From NCBI GenBank assembly GCA_036019775.1, contig JAYXXD010000001.1:3202-67201 (forward strand): DNA of 64,000 bases, written 5' to 3'. Positions 27,883 through 38,513 of this stretch are shown here, piece after piece. Positions within the stretch are counted from its first letter, which is position 1; every line of letters starts with the position of its first letter. The stretch comes from Thermoplasmatota archaeon. Lineage in GTDB: Archaea > Thermoplasmatota > Poseidoniia > Poseidoniales > Poseidoniaceae. The position numbers and the translations under genes were made by a program. The notes under the pieces were generated by a model, which was not told the DNA's origin, did not search any database, and worked only from the letters and a program-made list of their open reading frames with translations.

Positions 27883-29997
27883 ATGATTCAAGACTTTGAT
27901 TTAACAGCACGATGGTCAACGCTCCTTCATGCACATTTCACTGAGGATGTCCACAACATTGCTCAACTTTGGCCAGATGTTCAAAGTCTTGAAGTTTCAT
28001 ATCGAACCATAGAAGGGTTCGACCCTACATTTGCTCAGAGCATCTTGGAACAACCCGATCTTCACGGCGACGCATCGAACCGAGCATTGCGGGAACTACT
28101 TGCTGACGTTGGTTATGGAACCATCAACCCGTGGGTACGTATTGTCCATCTCCCCAGCGACCAAGTACGCACTGTCTCACAACTTCGCTCAGATGATATT
28201 GGTCTGATGATTTCGATTGATGCGGTGGTCACAAAAATTTCAGGTGTTCGTCCAAGAATGTATTCTGCTACATTCAAGTGCGTTGCTTGTGAGCACCTAA
28301 CTACGATTCAGCAACCAAATGAACAGGAATTAATCAATCCGATGGAATGTTCGCAAATCGATGGCGGATGCGGTTTGACAAATCGCCAAACACGATTCCA
28401 ATTGCTGCAAGAACGTTCAACGTTAACGAACTCTCAGTTTATTGAACTTCAAGAGCTACCCGAACAGGTCCGTGGAGGAGTTCAACCCGAACGTATCTCC
28501 TGCATCGCAGAACACGACCTCACCGGAAAAGTCAATCCAGGCGACCGAGTCAAAGCAAACGGCGTCTTGTTCATCCGTTCACAACGAAAGTTTGGCAAAG
28601 ATACTCCAGTGTTTGACATTTTCATGCGTGTTCAGTCTCTTGAACGACAGAACCTCGCTCTCGAAGAAATTGTTGTAAGCGATGAGGAAGAAGCAGAGAT
28701 TCGAGCATTTGCTGCCAATCAAGATGTGTACAAGCGCATCTCTGAATCCATAGCACCATCGATTTTTGGTATGGATAAAATCAAAGAAACTTTGATGTTA
28801 CAATTGTTTGGAGGCGTTGCACGCCTCAACCCCGATGGGACAAGAAACCGTGGAGATATTCACATTCTCCTTATGGGCGATCCCGGTGTTGCAAAATCAC
28901 AACTTCTTGCCTACATGGGGAACATTTCACCTCGTGGTCGATTCACTTCTGGTATGTCTGCCTCCGCTGCTGGTTTAACTGCAGCTGCTGTGCAAGATGC
29001 AAGTGCTGATGGTCGATGGACTTTGGAAGCGGGGGCTCTTGTTCTTGCAGACCAAGGCCTTGCTGCGATTGACGAATTCGACAAGATGAACCAAGCCGAC
29101 AGATCGAGCATGCACGAGGCAATGGAGCAGCAGACTATTTCGATTTCAAAAGCAGGAATCAATGCTAGTCTTCGGACTCGTTGTGCGGTTTTGGCTGCTG
29201 CTAACCCGAAGGCAGGTCGATTCCAACCCGTTTCGGAGGTTCCATTCACTGGACAAATCAATCTCGCTCCACCGCTCATTTCACGTTTCGATGTCATTTG
29301 GCTGTTGACCGACGAGCCTTCGGAAGATAAGGATGCCAAGATTGCTGGACATATTGTCGACAATCGGTTGTCTGGAACGAGTGAATTACTGGTGAATGAA
29401 GGGTCAAGGCCCGACCCTAGAAAGCTGAGTTCTGTAATGACAAAACCAAGCCATACCGACGGGCACCTCCACAGAGAGTTCATCCGAAAGTACGTTGCTT
29501 ATGCAAAGAGAACCGTTCATCCAAATCTAAACGAAGAGGCAAAAAAACACATCATCAGTTATTACGTTACAACACGAAAGCAATCAGGTGAGTTCCAAGA
29601 TTCAGTTGCAATCACAGCACGTGCTCTTGAGGCGCTCGCCCGCCTTGCCGAGGCTAGTGCCCGAATTCGCTTGTCGGAAATTGCGACGATTGAGGATGCC
29701 GAGCGAGCAGTTCGTTTGACCAAGACTTGGAGATACGATCTCATGGGTGAGAACTTCGATGAGACTGCCATTGCCTCGAATCAGAAAGGGAAGGCTCGGC
29801 ATGCGGAACGAACAATTCTCGACATCGTGGACCGTTTGTCCTCCAATGGTGAAGGATTCGCACAACTCGTCGATGTTCTCAATGAGGCAGAGCGCCTTGA
29901 TATCACTCGAGATAAAGCAGAAGAAGTCATTGATAAACTCAATCAAAATGGTCGATTGATGCGTCCAACGGGTTACGATACACTTCAAATTGTTTAG
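27883..29997 (+). CDS. mcm: MCM replicative helicase
   Basis: Walker A ILLMGDPGVAKSQLL, Walker B/arginine finger AAIDEFDKM...SRFD; N-terminal zinc motif CVACEH...C..C; 704 aa, no intein. Confidence 0.9.
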   Translation: MIQDFDLTARWSTLLHAHFTEDVHNIAQLWPDVQSLEVSYRTIEGFDPTFAQSILEQPDLHGDASNRALRELLADVGYGTINPWVRIVHLPSDQVRTVSQLRSDDIGLMISIDAVVTKISGVRPRMYSATFKCVACEHLTTIQQPNEQELINPMECSQIDGGCGLTNRQTRFQLLQERSTLTNSQFIELQELPEQVRGGVQPERISCIAEHDLTGKVNPGDRVKANGVLFIRSQRKFGKDTPVFDIFMRVQSLERQNLALEEIVVSDEEEAEIRAFAANQDVYKRISESIAPSIFGMDKIKETLMLQLFGGVARLNPDGTRNRGDIHILLMGDPGVAKSQLLAYMGNISPRGRFTSGMSASAAGLTAAAVQDASADGRWTLEAGALVLADQGLAAIDEFDKMNQADRSSMHEAMEQQTISISKAGINASLRTRCAVLAAANPKAGRFQPVSEVPFTGQINLAPPLISRFDVIWLLTDEPSEDKDAKIAGHIVDNRLSGTSELLVNEGSRPDPRKLSSVMTKPSHTDGHLHREFIRKYVAYAKRTVHPNLNEEAKKHIISYYVTTRKQSGEFQDSVAITARALEALARLAEASARIRLSEIATIEDAERAVRLTKTWRYDLMGENFDETAIASNQKGKARHAERTILDIVDRLSSNGEGFAQLVDVLNEAERLDITRDKAEEVIDKLNQNGRLMRPTGYDTLQIV

Positions 29998-30041
29998 ATG
30001 TGAAGCAATCATCTCTTGAAGGGGAAATGTGTGGGAAGCCC

Positions 30042-32069
30042 ATGGCAGGTGATGGTCATCAGGAACCTGAAGGTGATGTCACTGATGCCTCAACCTTCGA
30101 TACAGAACAATTAGGATTCATGTGTGGTATCGAAGTCCACCAGCAACTTGCCACTGGAAAACTCCATTCGCGTCAACCGTCAATGCTCTTTGATGTGACC
30201 ATCGATACCGTTCCAAGCGACTGGCCACGTTACGCTCGAAAACTTCGATTGGCCAGTGGAGAAGGTGGTAAAGTCGATGTTGCAGCTCGTTTTGAGAAGC
30301 GACGAAACCGTTCCTTTGTTTACATACAGTCGCCCAATTCGGGACTGATTGAGTTGGATGAAAGTCCACCGCTTTCGCATGATTCTGAGGCTCTCGATGT
30401 GGCGCTCACAGTCTCAGCGATGCTTGGAGCAAAACCGGTTGGAGCGGTTCAAACGATGAGAAAGACGGTCGTAGATGGTTCGAACACAAGTGGCTTCCAA
30501 CGCACTTCTCTGATTTCAACCGATGGCACACTCAAGACTGATACAGGCGATGTTGGCATCGATGTTCTCTGCTTGGAAGAAGACAGTGCACGCAAACTTG
30601 ACACCATCCCTACAGATCACGGTGAACAAGTCATCTACAATCTCGATCGTCTCGGCGTACCGTTGATTGAGATTGCAACATCACCAGATATTCAAACTCC
30701 AGAACATGCCAAAGAGACGGCTATGGCTCTCGGCCGAACACTTCGAGACACCCGGCGTGTCCGTCGTGGTCTCGGTTCCATTCGCCAAGATTTGAACGTC
30801 AGTGTCGCTTGTGGCGATCGCGTGGAAATCAAAGGCTGTCAAGACCTTGGATGGATTCCGCGAATCGTTCGATTGGAGATGGTTCGACAGGTCCACATGT
30901 ATCGTCTTGCCAACGAACTCCGTTCGTCTCTTGGATTGCCACAACTTCCACCAAATCGTGATTTAGATGATTCTGACATGGAATCTGACGTCGTGGAAGC
31001 AGTTGCCAAACACATTCCCTTGGAGTATACAGATGTTACAGCCGCATTTACATCCTGTGAAAGCAGAATGGTTACTGAGGGTCTTACTGAGGGATACACA
31101 ATGCTGGCGCTTCCATTGAAAGGATTTGCTGGGAAGATCGGTTCGAAAATCCTAGACGTTGATGGAGCACAACTCCCTCGTTTGGGACGAGAATTAGCAG
31201 GAGCAGCGAAACTAGCTGGCGTTCGTGGTGTTTTCCACTCAGACGAACTTCCCGCCTATGGCATTGAAGAAGAGCATGTAGAATCAGTTCGAAAGCAACT
31301 TGAACTTAAATCAAATGATGCGTTTGTCCTCTGTCTCGCACCATCGTGGCAAGCACGTCTTGCACTCGAATCGGTTGGTCGTCGAGCAAGACTTGCTTTT
31401 CATCGCATCCCTCAAGAGGTCCGAAACGTCGTTGTCAAGAAAGGGGCTCCAGAAGACGGAACAACCACGCCAATGCGCCCTCTTCCAGGTGGTGCGCGAA
31501 TGTACCCTGAAACGGATGTTCCAACCATTTCTATCGACAGCGGGCATTGGCGACGTATTTCCGAGAATTTACCGATGCGGCAAGATGAACGAAAGCAACG
31601 CCTTGCTCAGACGGATCTCTCCGAAGATCAATCCAAGCAACTTCTATCACGTGAATTGGATGATGCTTTCTTTGATTATCATGAATCCAAGAGCAAGGCT
31701 TGGGGAACTTTACTCCTCGAACATGAAACCGTTCACCCCTCGGTCCTTTCTCAAATTCTTTCGGTTCGCGAGTCAGGAGGTTTAACTCGAGAGGGGATTG
31801 AGCAGGTAGTCGAACAATTTGCTCATGTCAAGCACGTCTCGGTACAAGAAATCGAAGCCTTTGCCGATGAAAACGACCTTGTTCCTGCTGATGTGGGCAA
31901 TTTAGAATCAATTGTCGAAGGTATCGTTCTAGAACGTATTGATTTCGTTAAAGAACGAGGAATGGGCGCAATGGGACCTCTCATGGGTGTTGTCATGGGG
32001 GCCTGTCCTGGAGTTGATGGGAAAGAGGTTAGCTCAGTACTTCGGACAATGATTCAGAGGCATTCATGA
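30042..32069 (+). CDS. gatE: Glutamyl-tRNA(Gln) amidotransferase subunit E (GatE)
   Basis: GFMCGIEVHQQLATGKLHS N-terminal signature and GatB/E-like C-terminal domain; ATG 30042 chosen over GTG 30000; TAG-ATG-GTG junction with mcm. Confidence 0.85.
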   Translation: MAGDGHQEPEGDVTDASTFDTEQLGFMCGIEVHQQLATGKLHSRQPSMLFDVTIDTVPSDWPRYARKLRLASGEGGKVDVAARFEKRRNRSFVYIQSPNSGLIELDESPPLSHDSEALDVALTVSAMLGAKPVGAVQTMRKTVVDGSNTSGFQRTSLISTDGTLKTDTGDVGIDVLCLEEDSARKLDTIPTDHGEQVIYNLDRLGVPLIEIATSPDIQTPEHAKETAMALGRTLRDTRRVRRGLGSIRQDLNVSVACGDRVEIKGCQDLGWIPRIVRLEMVRQVHMYRLANELRSSLGLPQLPPNRDLDDSDMESDVVEAVAKHIPLEYTDVTAAFTSCESRMVTEGLTEGYTMLALPLKGFAGKIGSKILDVDGAQLPRLGRELAGAAKLAGVRGVFHSDELPAYGIEEEHVESVRKQLELKSNDAFVLCLAPSWQARLALESVGRRARLAFHRIPQEVRNVVVKKGAPEDGTTTPMRPLPGGARMYPETDVPTISIDSGHWRRISENLPMRQDERKQRLAQTDLSEDQSKQLLSRELDDAFFDYHESKSKAWGTLLLEHETVHPSVLSQILSVRESGGLTREGIEQVVEQFAHVKHVSVQEIEAFADENDLVPADVGNLESIVEGIVLERIDFVKERGMGAMGPLMGVVMGACPGVDGKEVSSVLRTMIQRHS

Positions 32070-33688
32070 TGCGTATTGCGGCAACCCTTGTTCTTGTATT
32101 ACTCATCTTGCCTATGGTCCAAGCCTCTTCTGAATCATCATGGACGCATGAGTTTGAATCGGGCTACATATCAACTCAACCCATTGTAGTGGATGACACT
32201 GTTTTCGTACGAACCTCAGGATTCTGGACCGGCGAAGAGCGTCCAATTGTTGCAGCATTTGAATTAGAATCTGGAAATGAGATATGGAACTATTCGTCAC
32301 AAACATCACTTCAGCATGACATGACGCCCCTCATGTTTGTAGAGGGAGGTTCAGGAGCCTGTGGCGAATGGGGGTCTCTCCTCTTGGTTGGTTGGGCGGA
32401 TGGAAGAATCACTGCACACTCTCCAACAAATGGCTCAATTGTTTGGCAAAATCAAACCGAAGTCGAACTTATTGGTATCACTGGAAAGATGGCATTGGAA
32501 GGAGACAGAGTCATCGTCCCAACACGGACAGGCCTCTCGAGTTTTTGTCTTGAAGATGGTTTTGAACTGATGGATATTGATACTGGGAACGTTGGTTGGA
32601 GAAATGGTGTAACAATCACCGAGAGTGGGTATGTGTATGGGGATGAATTTGGTTATCTTCACGAGATTGATCGAGATGGAACGATTTCAAGCATATTCCT
32701 TGGTGAAGGAAAAATAAGACATGCTCCATTGGATACTCGACATGGTTTGTTTGTTCATCTTCAAACGTCTCAAGGTTCAACAATGTATCTGAATGGTTCA
32801 GTCATAGCAAATGTGGGAGCATCTCCAGCAATGCCGTTAATACACAACAATCGCATTTATGTTGCAACCAGTAATGAATGGATGTCTCTTCTCTGCGACG
32901 AACAATCATGTACAATCGATTCAATTGAACCGTTTTCGTCGAATGGCGAATTGGCCTTACGAATCATTGATTCCGATGTTGAAATTTGGGCCCCATCCAA
33001 TACCCCTAATGGCGGCTGGGGCGTCTTTAACGAAACATCATTGATCCGAACGGAAACGACCTTCTTTGATACGTATGGGACTGCTGCACCAGGATTCGGC
33101 CAAGGAGTAGTCGTGTTGGGCAATGACGCGGGGATTCTCTCCGTAAGTTATCAAATTCCGAACGAGTCATCACCAGAAGATTCTCAAATCGACATTGCTG
33201 GGATACTACATTACCTGTTTATTCTCGTGTTCTTTGTCCTCACCTGCTCTTATTTTGCTTTACACGATTGGCAACAGTTTGCCAAGATTGGATCTGCTTT
33301 TCTTCTCATCTTGGCTATCGCAATCGTTCCAGAACTATCGGTGAAACTCGCAGAACAAACAGCACTCGAACAGGATGTGGAATGGGATAGTTCGTGGCCA
33401 GATGAATGGAAAGGGACACAAGTCATCGTGTTCGAAATTGATGGAGAGGAGCATGTTATAGGTGGCCTGGAAACACAAAATACGGTATTGGATCTAACGG
33501 TTCTAGCTTGTGATTATTTAGGAATTTCAAATGAAATTGAGCAACAGTATCTTGGCGCCTATCTTGTTTCGTTCAATGGAAGCATGGGTGATGGTTGGGA
33601 GTTCACCGTCGATGGTAATCGGGTCCCAGTGGGAATGACTGAAGCTGAACTCAACGATGACTCAATCGTCGAATGGCGACCAGTTTGA
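32066..33688 (+). CDS. Secreted PQQ-like beta-propeller protein with 2 TM segments and a C-terminal DUF4430-like (transcobalamin-like) domain
   Basis: Signal peptide; propeller repeats; TM ILHYLFILVFFVLTCSYFAL / SAFLLILAIAIV; C-terminal GDGWEFTVDGNRVPVGMTEAELNDDSIVEWRP matches the W.Y.VNG.....GA..Y.L.DGD.I.W hallmark of DUF4430. Confidence 0.6.
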   Translation: MMRIAATLVLVLLILPMVQASSESSWTHEFESGYISTQPIVVDDTVFVRTSGFWTGEERPIVAAFELESGNEIWNYSSQTSLQHDMTPLMFVEGGSGACGEWGSLLLVGWADGRITAHSPTNGSIVWQNQTEVELIGITGKMALEGDRVIVPTRTGLSSFCLEDGFELMDIDTGNVGWRNGVTITESGYVYGDEFGYLHEIDRDGTISSIFLGEGKIRHAPLDTRHGLFVHLQTSQGSTMYLNGSVIANVGASPAMPLIHNNRIYVATSNEWMSLLCDEQSCTIDSIEPFSSNGELALRIIDSDVEIWAPSNTPNGGWGVFNETSLIRTETTFFDTYGTAAPGFGQGVVVLGNDAGILSVSYQIPNESSPEDSQIDIAGILHYLFILVFFVLTCSYFALHDWQQFAKIGSAFLLILAIAIVPELSVKLAEQTALEQDVEWDSSWPDEWKGTQVIVFEIDGEEHVIGGLETQNTVLDLTVLACDYLGISNEIEQQYLGAYLVSFNGSMGDGWEFTVDGNRVPVGMTEAELNDDSIVEWRPV

Positions 33689-34386
33689 GCGGTAACACTC
33701 AAGGCTCACCGCTAAGTGGGCAGGTTATGTTGAGCGCAATAGGCACCCATGGGCCTGCTGTCTCACCGATTGCGATGGGAATGTTGAATGCAGCATTCTT
33801 CGCAATCGCAGTTTGGTTGTTGGTGAAACCACAACAGAAATCTGAAACATGGATGTGGCCACTTTTTCTTTTTGTCGGACTTGCTTCAATCTCTCGGATT
33901 GCGTTGAGTTTTATTCCAAATGTTATGCCTGTCACCATCATGGCAGTTCTTGTCGGTTCCAAGTTTGGTGTTCAACGCGGTGTTTCTTTTGCAATACTCG
34001 TTACCCTAATGAGCAATGCAGTGCTTGGGCATGGATGGTGGAGTTTCTTCCAAATAATTGGTTGGGGTTCAGTTGCAGCCATGGCATCGATGATGAGCGT
34101 CCACGACGCTGAAGGAAGACTTTCGATGAATCGACTCGCTTTCGCATCGTTATGGAGCGTTCCAATCTTCAGCATCATCGTTTCTATTTCGATTATTGAT
34201 TCGGGCATGTCGGTGATTGAATTCGGTCTTTACATCGCCAATGGATTGCTTTACGATTTACTTCATTTCCTCGGTAACGTCTTCTTTGCCATGTGGTTTG
34301 GGCAATGGTTTGAACGCCTACTTTCAATGAACCAACCACAAAACCATCTCACCCAACAGGAGAAGGAGCATGTCAGCACTATCTGA
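33673..34386 (+). CDS. Polytopic membrane protein, possible ECF-transporter S component
   Basis: ~6 TM, ~200-230 aa, 16-nt overlap with upstream gene; assignment by size, topology and context only. Confidence 0.4.
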   Translation: MATSLSGNTQGSPLSGQVMLSAIGTHGPAVSPIAMGMLNAAFFAIAVWLLVKPQQKSETWMWPLFLFVGLASISRIALSFIPNVMPVTIMAVLVGSKFGVQRGVSFAILVTLMSNAVLGHGWWSFFQIIGWGSVAAMASMMSVHDAEGRLSMNRLAFASLWSVPIFSIIVSISIIDSGMSVIEFGLYIANGLLYDLLHFLGNVFFAMWFGQWFERLLSMNQPQNHLTQQEKEHVSTI

Positions 34387-34741
34387 TCCACCCACGATGG
34401 CATTCCTTTGTCGAGCGGATCTCCAACTTTCATCTGGGAAACTTGCCGTCCAATGTGCACATGCTGCCGTAGGTTCCCTACAGCTGGCGAAGAAAACGCA
34501 CTCAAGAATGGTTCAACGTTGGACAGAATCTTCCTCGCGAAAAGTATGTCTTTCGGTCGAAGATGAAGAAGAGTTGGAGTACTATCTTGAACGTGTACAA
34601 GAAGCATCCCTTCCTTTTGCACTCATCAAAGATGCTGGATTAACCGAAGTCGCTCCCGGAACAGTAACCGTGCTTGGTGTAGGCCCTGGGCCGCGTCATA
34701 CTATGGATTCTTTGTTTAGCAATCTCAGGGCATATGAATGA
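34370..34741 (+). CDS. Peptidyl-tRNA hydrolase Pth2-family paralogue (divergent)
   Basis: LSSGKLAVQCAHAAVGS vs canonical MGKGKxAAQVxHAA; GGAGAAGGAG SD-like motif upstream; non-canonical C-terminus. Confidence 0.7.
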   Translation: MSALSDPPTMAFLCRADLQLSSGKLAVQCAHAAVGSLQLAKKTHSRMVQRWTESSSRKVCLSVEDEEELEYYLERVQEASLPFALIKDAGLTEVAPGTVTVLGVGPGPRHTMDSLFSNLRAYE

Positions 34742-34750
34742 GGTCATACA

Positions 34751-35170
34751 ATGGGTTTTCGAAGTTTTCTTCATCGTATAACAGCTCCAAAATTTGAGCG
34801 TTATGTCCACCGTAATCAATCACTAAAAATGGTGTTCATTATCAATCATGAATTGAAAATGGGGAAGGGGAAAGTTGCTGCACAGGTCGGTCATGCTGCC
34901 GTTAAAGCGACACTCAAATCGGGTGAACTTCATCCAGAACTTCTCGATGCATGGCTTTCAACAGGACAGAAGAAAATATGCCTAAAAGCAGATAATGCAC
35001 ATCATATTGAACAGATTGAAAGACAATCAAAAGAACTTAAAATTCTAACGTCAAAAATACATGATGCTGGCCACACACAGATTCCAGCAGGCTCTCTAAC
35101 AGTCCTTGCTTTGGGGCCAGATGAAGATGAGAAACTGAATCTTTTGACGGGAGAATTGAAACTTCTCTAA
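34751..35170 (+). CDS. pth2: Peptidyl-tRNA hydrolase Pth2 (canonical archaeal type)
   Basis: [17 protein letters not shown]...ICLKADN...[15 protein letters not shown]...TGELKLL. Confidence 0.8.
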   Translation: MGFRSFLHRITAPKFERYVHRNQSLKMVFIINHELKMGKGKVAAQVGHAAVKATLKSGELHPELLDAWLSTGQKKICLKADNAHHIEQIERQSKELKILTSKIHDAGHTQIPAGSLTVLALGPDEDEKLNLLTGELKLL

Positions 35171-35208
35171 GTCGATTCCTTGAACATGGGAAACAAGGTG
35201 GAGCAACC

Positions 35209-36255
35209 ATGCGAGAGATTAGTTCCAATCGAATTGACTTGCGTTCAGATACGGTCACCCAACCAACTATTCCTATGCGCGAGGCCATGGCTAAAGCAGA
35301 AGTTGGGGACGACGTTCTCGGTGATGATCCTACCGTTCAACAACTCGAATCCATGGTTGCCGAATTGTGCGGAAAGGATGCAGGTTTGTTCGTACCATCA
35401 GGAACCATGTCGAATGCTGTTGCGCTCAAAACACATACCGTGCCAGGAGACGAGATTGTCACCGAGCGTTACAGTCACATCTACCTCTATGAGGGAGGCG
35501 GGTATGCTGCACTTTGTGGCTCAAGCATCGCTCTCCCTGAAGGACAAAATGGACTCTTGACACCAGATCTTGTTGAACAATCCATCCGAAAGCAGAGAGG
35601 TTCACAATCACATTATCCAGATGGTAGTCTTGTTTGTGTCGAAAACACGGCAAATCGAGGCGGGGGGACGTGCTATGAACAGACTGTTCTCGATGAAATA
35701 GCAGAAATATCCAAAGCGAAAAATTGCGGAACACACATTGATGGGGCTCGTATTTTCAACGCCTCAGTTGCTACTAAAACTCCACTCCATAGAATGACTC
35801 GTGATTATGATTCAGTCTCAATATGTCTTTCGAAAGGCCTTGGTGCACCTGTAGGTTCAGTCCTTGTTGGTTCCGAAGAATTCATCGAAGAAGCGCACCG
35901 ATGGCGGAAAATGTTTGGTGGGGGTATGCGCCAATCTGGAATCCTTGCAGCAGCAGGAATTTATGCACTTGAGAACAATATCCAGCGAATGGAGGAAGAC
36001 CATCGCCGCGCAAGAACAATTGCAAAAGCCATTGATGAAATGGATCATGTCTCAGTCGATTTCGACGCAGTTCAAACCAATATGGTATACTTTTCAGCAG
36101 CAGAGTATTCAGCAGCAGAAGTTTCTCAAAAGATGGCCCAATCAGGTATTGATATGTTTGACATTTCACCAACACATTGTCGAATTGTAACGCATCTACA
36201 TATTTCTGATGACGATGTACAGCATGTGATAGAAGCGCTATCATCCCTCAGTTGA
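35209..36255 (+). CDS. ltaE: Low-specificity L-threonine aldolase (PLP-dependent)
   Basis: [12 protein letters not shown]...MSNAVALK (PLP lysine region)...; 348 aa; AGGTGGA SD-like upstream. Confidence 0.8.
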   Translation: MREISSNRIDLRSDTVTQPTIPMREAMAKAEVGDDVLGDDPTVQQLESMVAELCGKDAGLFVPSGTMSNAVALKTHTVPGDEIVTERYSHIYLYEGGGYAALCGSSIALPEGQNGLLTPDLVEQSIRKQRGSQSHYPDGSLVCVENTANRGGGTCYEQTVLDEIAEISKAKNCGTHIDGARIFNASVATKTPLHRMTRDYDSVSICLSKGLGAPVGSVLVGSEEFIEEAHRWRKMFGGGMRQSGILAAAGIYALENNIQRMEEDHRRARTIAKAIDEMDHVSVDFDAVQTNMVYFSAAEYSAAEVSQKMAQSGIDMFDISPTHCRIVTHLHISDDDVQHVIEALSSLS

Positions 36256-36287
36256 AACTTTTTAACACCTCGACTGACAAAACTCCC

Positions 36288-38513
36288 ATGATTGGGGAAG
36301 CCTGTGGCATCTGCCAAAACGAATTGAATGAAACGAATTGCTCGATTTGCATCCGCTGTGTTGAAATCACAGAGGAGAGTAAATGGGCTCCATCTCTTTC
36401 ACCAGAAGTTCACCAACGAATGGTCGATGTCTTGGGGGGGCCAGCTCGATCCTTGCGACAACGATGGGAAAATCTTCAACGATTTATGGATCACACTCCC
36501 GATGTTGATTGGGCGCGACTGAGCAATCCTGAGCTCGATCCTGTCCGATATTCTCCTTTCCCAGAGGAAGAAGAACGTATCTTTGTTGAAAAACTCGAGA
36601 AGCTGAGTGGTTATTCTGGTTTTGAAAAAGAACGATTGGAGGAAGGATTTGTCATGTGGGACGGAACGCATCTTTCTTTCATCGATGGAAAGATGTGGAT
36701 TGACGGCCGTTCCCATGAGGCTAGAATACCAACAGAGCAGTACCTTCTTCTTTTGACAAATTCAGAACAACGTAAAGGGTGGGATCTCATCAAGATTTTC
36801 CTTGCCGTAAGTGGATTGTACCAAACGATTGACTTGAATGGCAGACCTCAGCGGTATATGTATCGATTTCAAAGACTTCTTGGTCAGACTCAGCGAGAAA
36901 TACTCACACCGTTTGATACATTTGTACAATCCTCATTTCTCCTGGATCAAAACGAACGAAGAAAAAAGAAAACGAACGATTTTGCAGAAGGAAGCTGGTC
37001 GTACGATCTGATGAATCGGTTGTCAGGCCGTCGTCCTCGACAGAGACTGAAGTTTGCACGACGTTTTATTCGAACTCAAGAGAATAGGAATCTTCCTGCA
37101 TCAAAATTACCCTGGGTTCAACGTTGGGAACAAATGGTGACGAATGTTGAACTGTCCAATGTTCGTTATCCATTTATGGTGAATTCTAAAGGTATACTTT
37201 GCCTTCGAACATTGACAAAAAATGGAAGTGTTCGAATGGCACCTATTCCATTTTTACCAGGGCTTTTAGCAGGCCTCATTTCGTGGGGTTCTTCCCCTCA
37301 TGCATCGAGAGAAGGAGAGTGGTTAGTAGCGACACAAATGAATTGGACGGCACCATACAACAATGCAGAAACTGCTGATGAGCCATTTCGTCGGTCCATG
37401 CAATTTTTACGCGGAGTCCTCAAACAATTCCCTGAAGATACTTGGGTTCATCGAGATCGGTTACTCGTGCGAGGGATGCTCGGACATTTCTATGAGATTC
37501 GGATTGCACGAGGGTCACATAACGCTCCATTCAAGATCCATGGTGTTGGAAAGAAAACAACACAACGACATTCAATCTGTATCCATACTGGAAAATATCA
37601 TCGCGATATCCCAATTGGGGATACAATCGCTATCGTTGTGCTTTCTCTTCTTTCTGATGTAACAACTGCAGAACGAGTGAATAGTTTACAGATGCATCTC
37701 ATGACGCAGCCACCAATCGGCTTTCCACAAAAAGAGGCAGGCATGAACCCACAAACGTTCTATCAATCAAATGGCAATAAGTTCCATTTCCCTCTCCACC
37801 CGTTCTTATTTCGAGAAAATGAAGAAAGAGAACTCATTGACCTCGATTCTCTGGAATTGATGAATGATAAAGCCATTTTTGATGACTGGAAATTGAGACC
37901 ACTCCGTGAAAAGCAATTTGATCAGCCGGGGCACCTCAACCCTGATCTTGATTTCGATGATGAGGACAGAATTTTGGAAGGACATTTCTTTGAGTATCGG
38001 CGCCAAAGACCAATTTTTCAGAACATTCAACCAAACATCATCGACGTTCAAAATCCTCCCTTTCAATTTGAGGATGAGAGGCAACAACCTCGCGACGATC
38101 AATTTCATCGATGGTATCGTACGATGCCATTGGTTTGGGAAGCACTCTCCTTGCAACCTATTGGTCACCAAGTAGAGTTAGGTGGAGTGCGTGGATTGTT
38201 TCGGATGCAGGGATGTCGGTTGCGAATGACCATCCGTTCAGCACAAGAAGAGGATGCTGTTCAGCGTATTCTTGAAATCTTAGGTTACAGGCATGCTCGA
38301 TATCGTCAGTTGAATCAGGTCTACATAAGAAGGGATTTTCCAATCGCAGATCCGAGACATGCATTGCGAGAACTCATGGAACCTCTCACTGAAGAATTTG
38401 GTTTTGCAAATATTGACGACTATGTTTTGCGCTTTATTGAAGTCGGTCGTCCACCAGATCGCATGCCAGAAGTTGATGCACGCCTCCATGCGAATATGGT
38501 TGATTTCTACTGA
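36288..38513 (+). CDS. Large hypothetical protein with N-terminal treble-clef-like zinc finger (CGICQ..x9..CSICIRC)
   Basis: ATG 36288 after TTG 36252; ~740 aa; no recognisable catalytic motif. Confidence 0.5.
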   Translation: MIGEACGICQNELNETNCSICIRCVEITEESKWAPSLSPEVHQRMVDVLGGPARSLRQRWENLQRFMDHTPDVDWARLSNPELDPVRYSPFPEEEERIFVEKLEKLSGYSGFEKERLEEGFVMWDGTHLSFIDGKMWIDGRSHEARIPTEQYLLLLTNSEQRKGWDLIKIFLAVSGLYQTIDLNGRPQRYMYRFQRLLGQTQREILTPFDTFVQSSFLLDQNERRKKKTNDFAEGSWSYDLMNRLSGRRPRQRLKFARRFIRTQENRNLPASKLPWVQRWEQMVTNVELSNVRYPFMVNSKGILCLRTLTKNGSVRMAPIPFLPGLLAGLISWGSSPHASREGEWLVATQMNWTAPYNNAETADEPFRRSMQFLRGVLKQFPEDTWVHRDRLLVRGMLGHFYEIRIARGSHNAPFKIHGVGKKTTQRHSICIHTGKYHRDIPIGDTIAIVVLSLLSDVTTAERVNSLQMHLMTQPPIGFPQKEAGMNPQTFYQSNGNKFHFPLHPFLFRENEERELIDLDSLELMNDKAIFDDWKLRPLREKQFDQPGHLNPDLDFDDEDRILEGHFFEYRRQRPIFQNIQPNIIDVQNPPFQFEDERQQPRDDQFHRWYRTMPLVWEALSLQPIGHQVELGGVRGLFRMQGCRLRMTIRSAQEEDAVQRILEILGYRHARYRQLNQVYIRRDFPIADPRHALRELMEPLTEEFGFANIDDYVLRFIEVGRPPDRMPEVDARLHANMVDFY

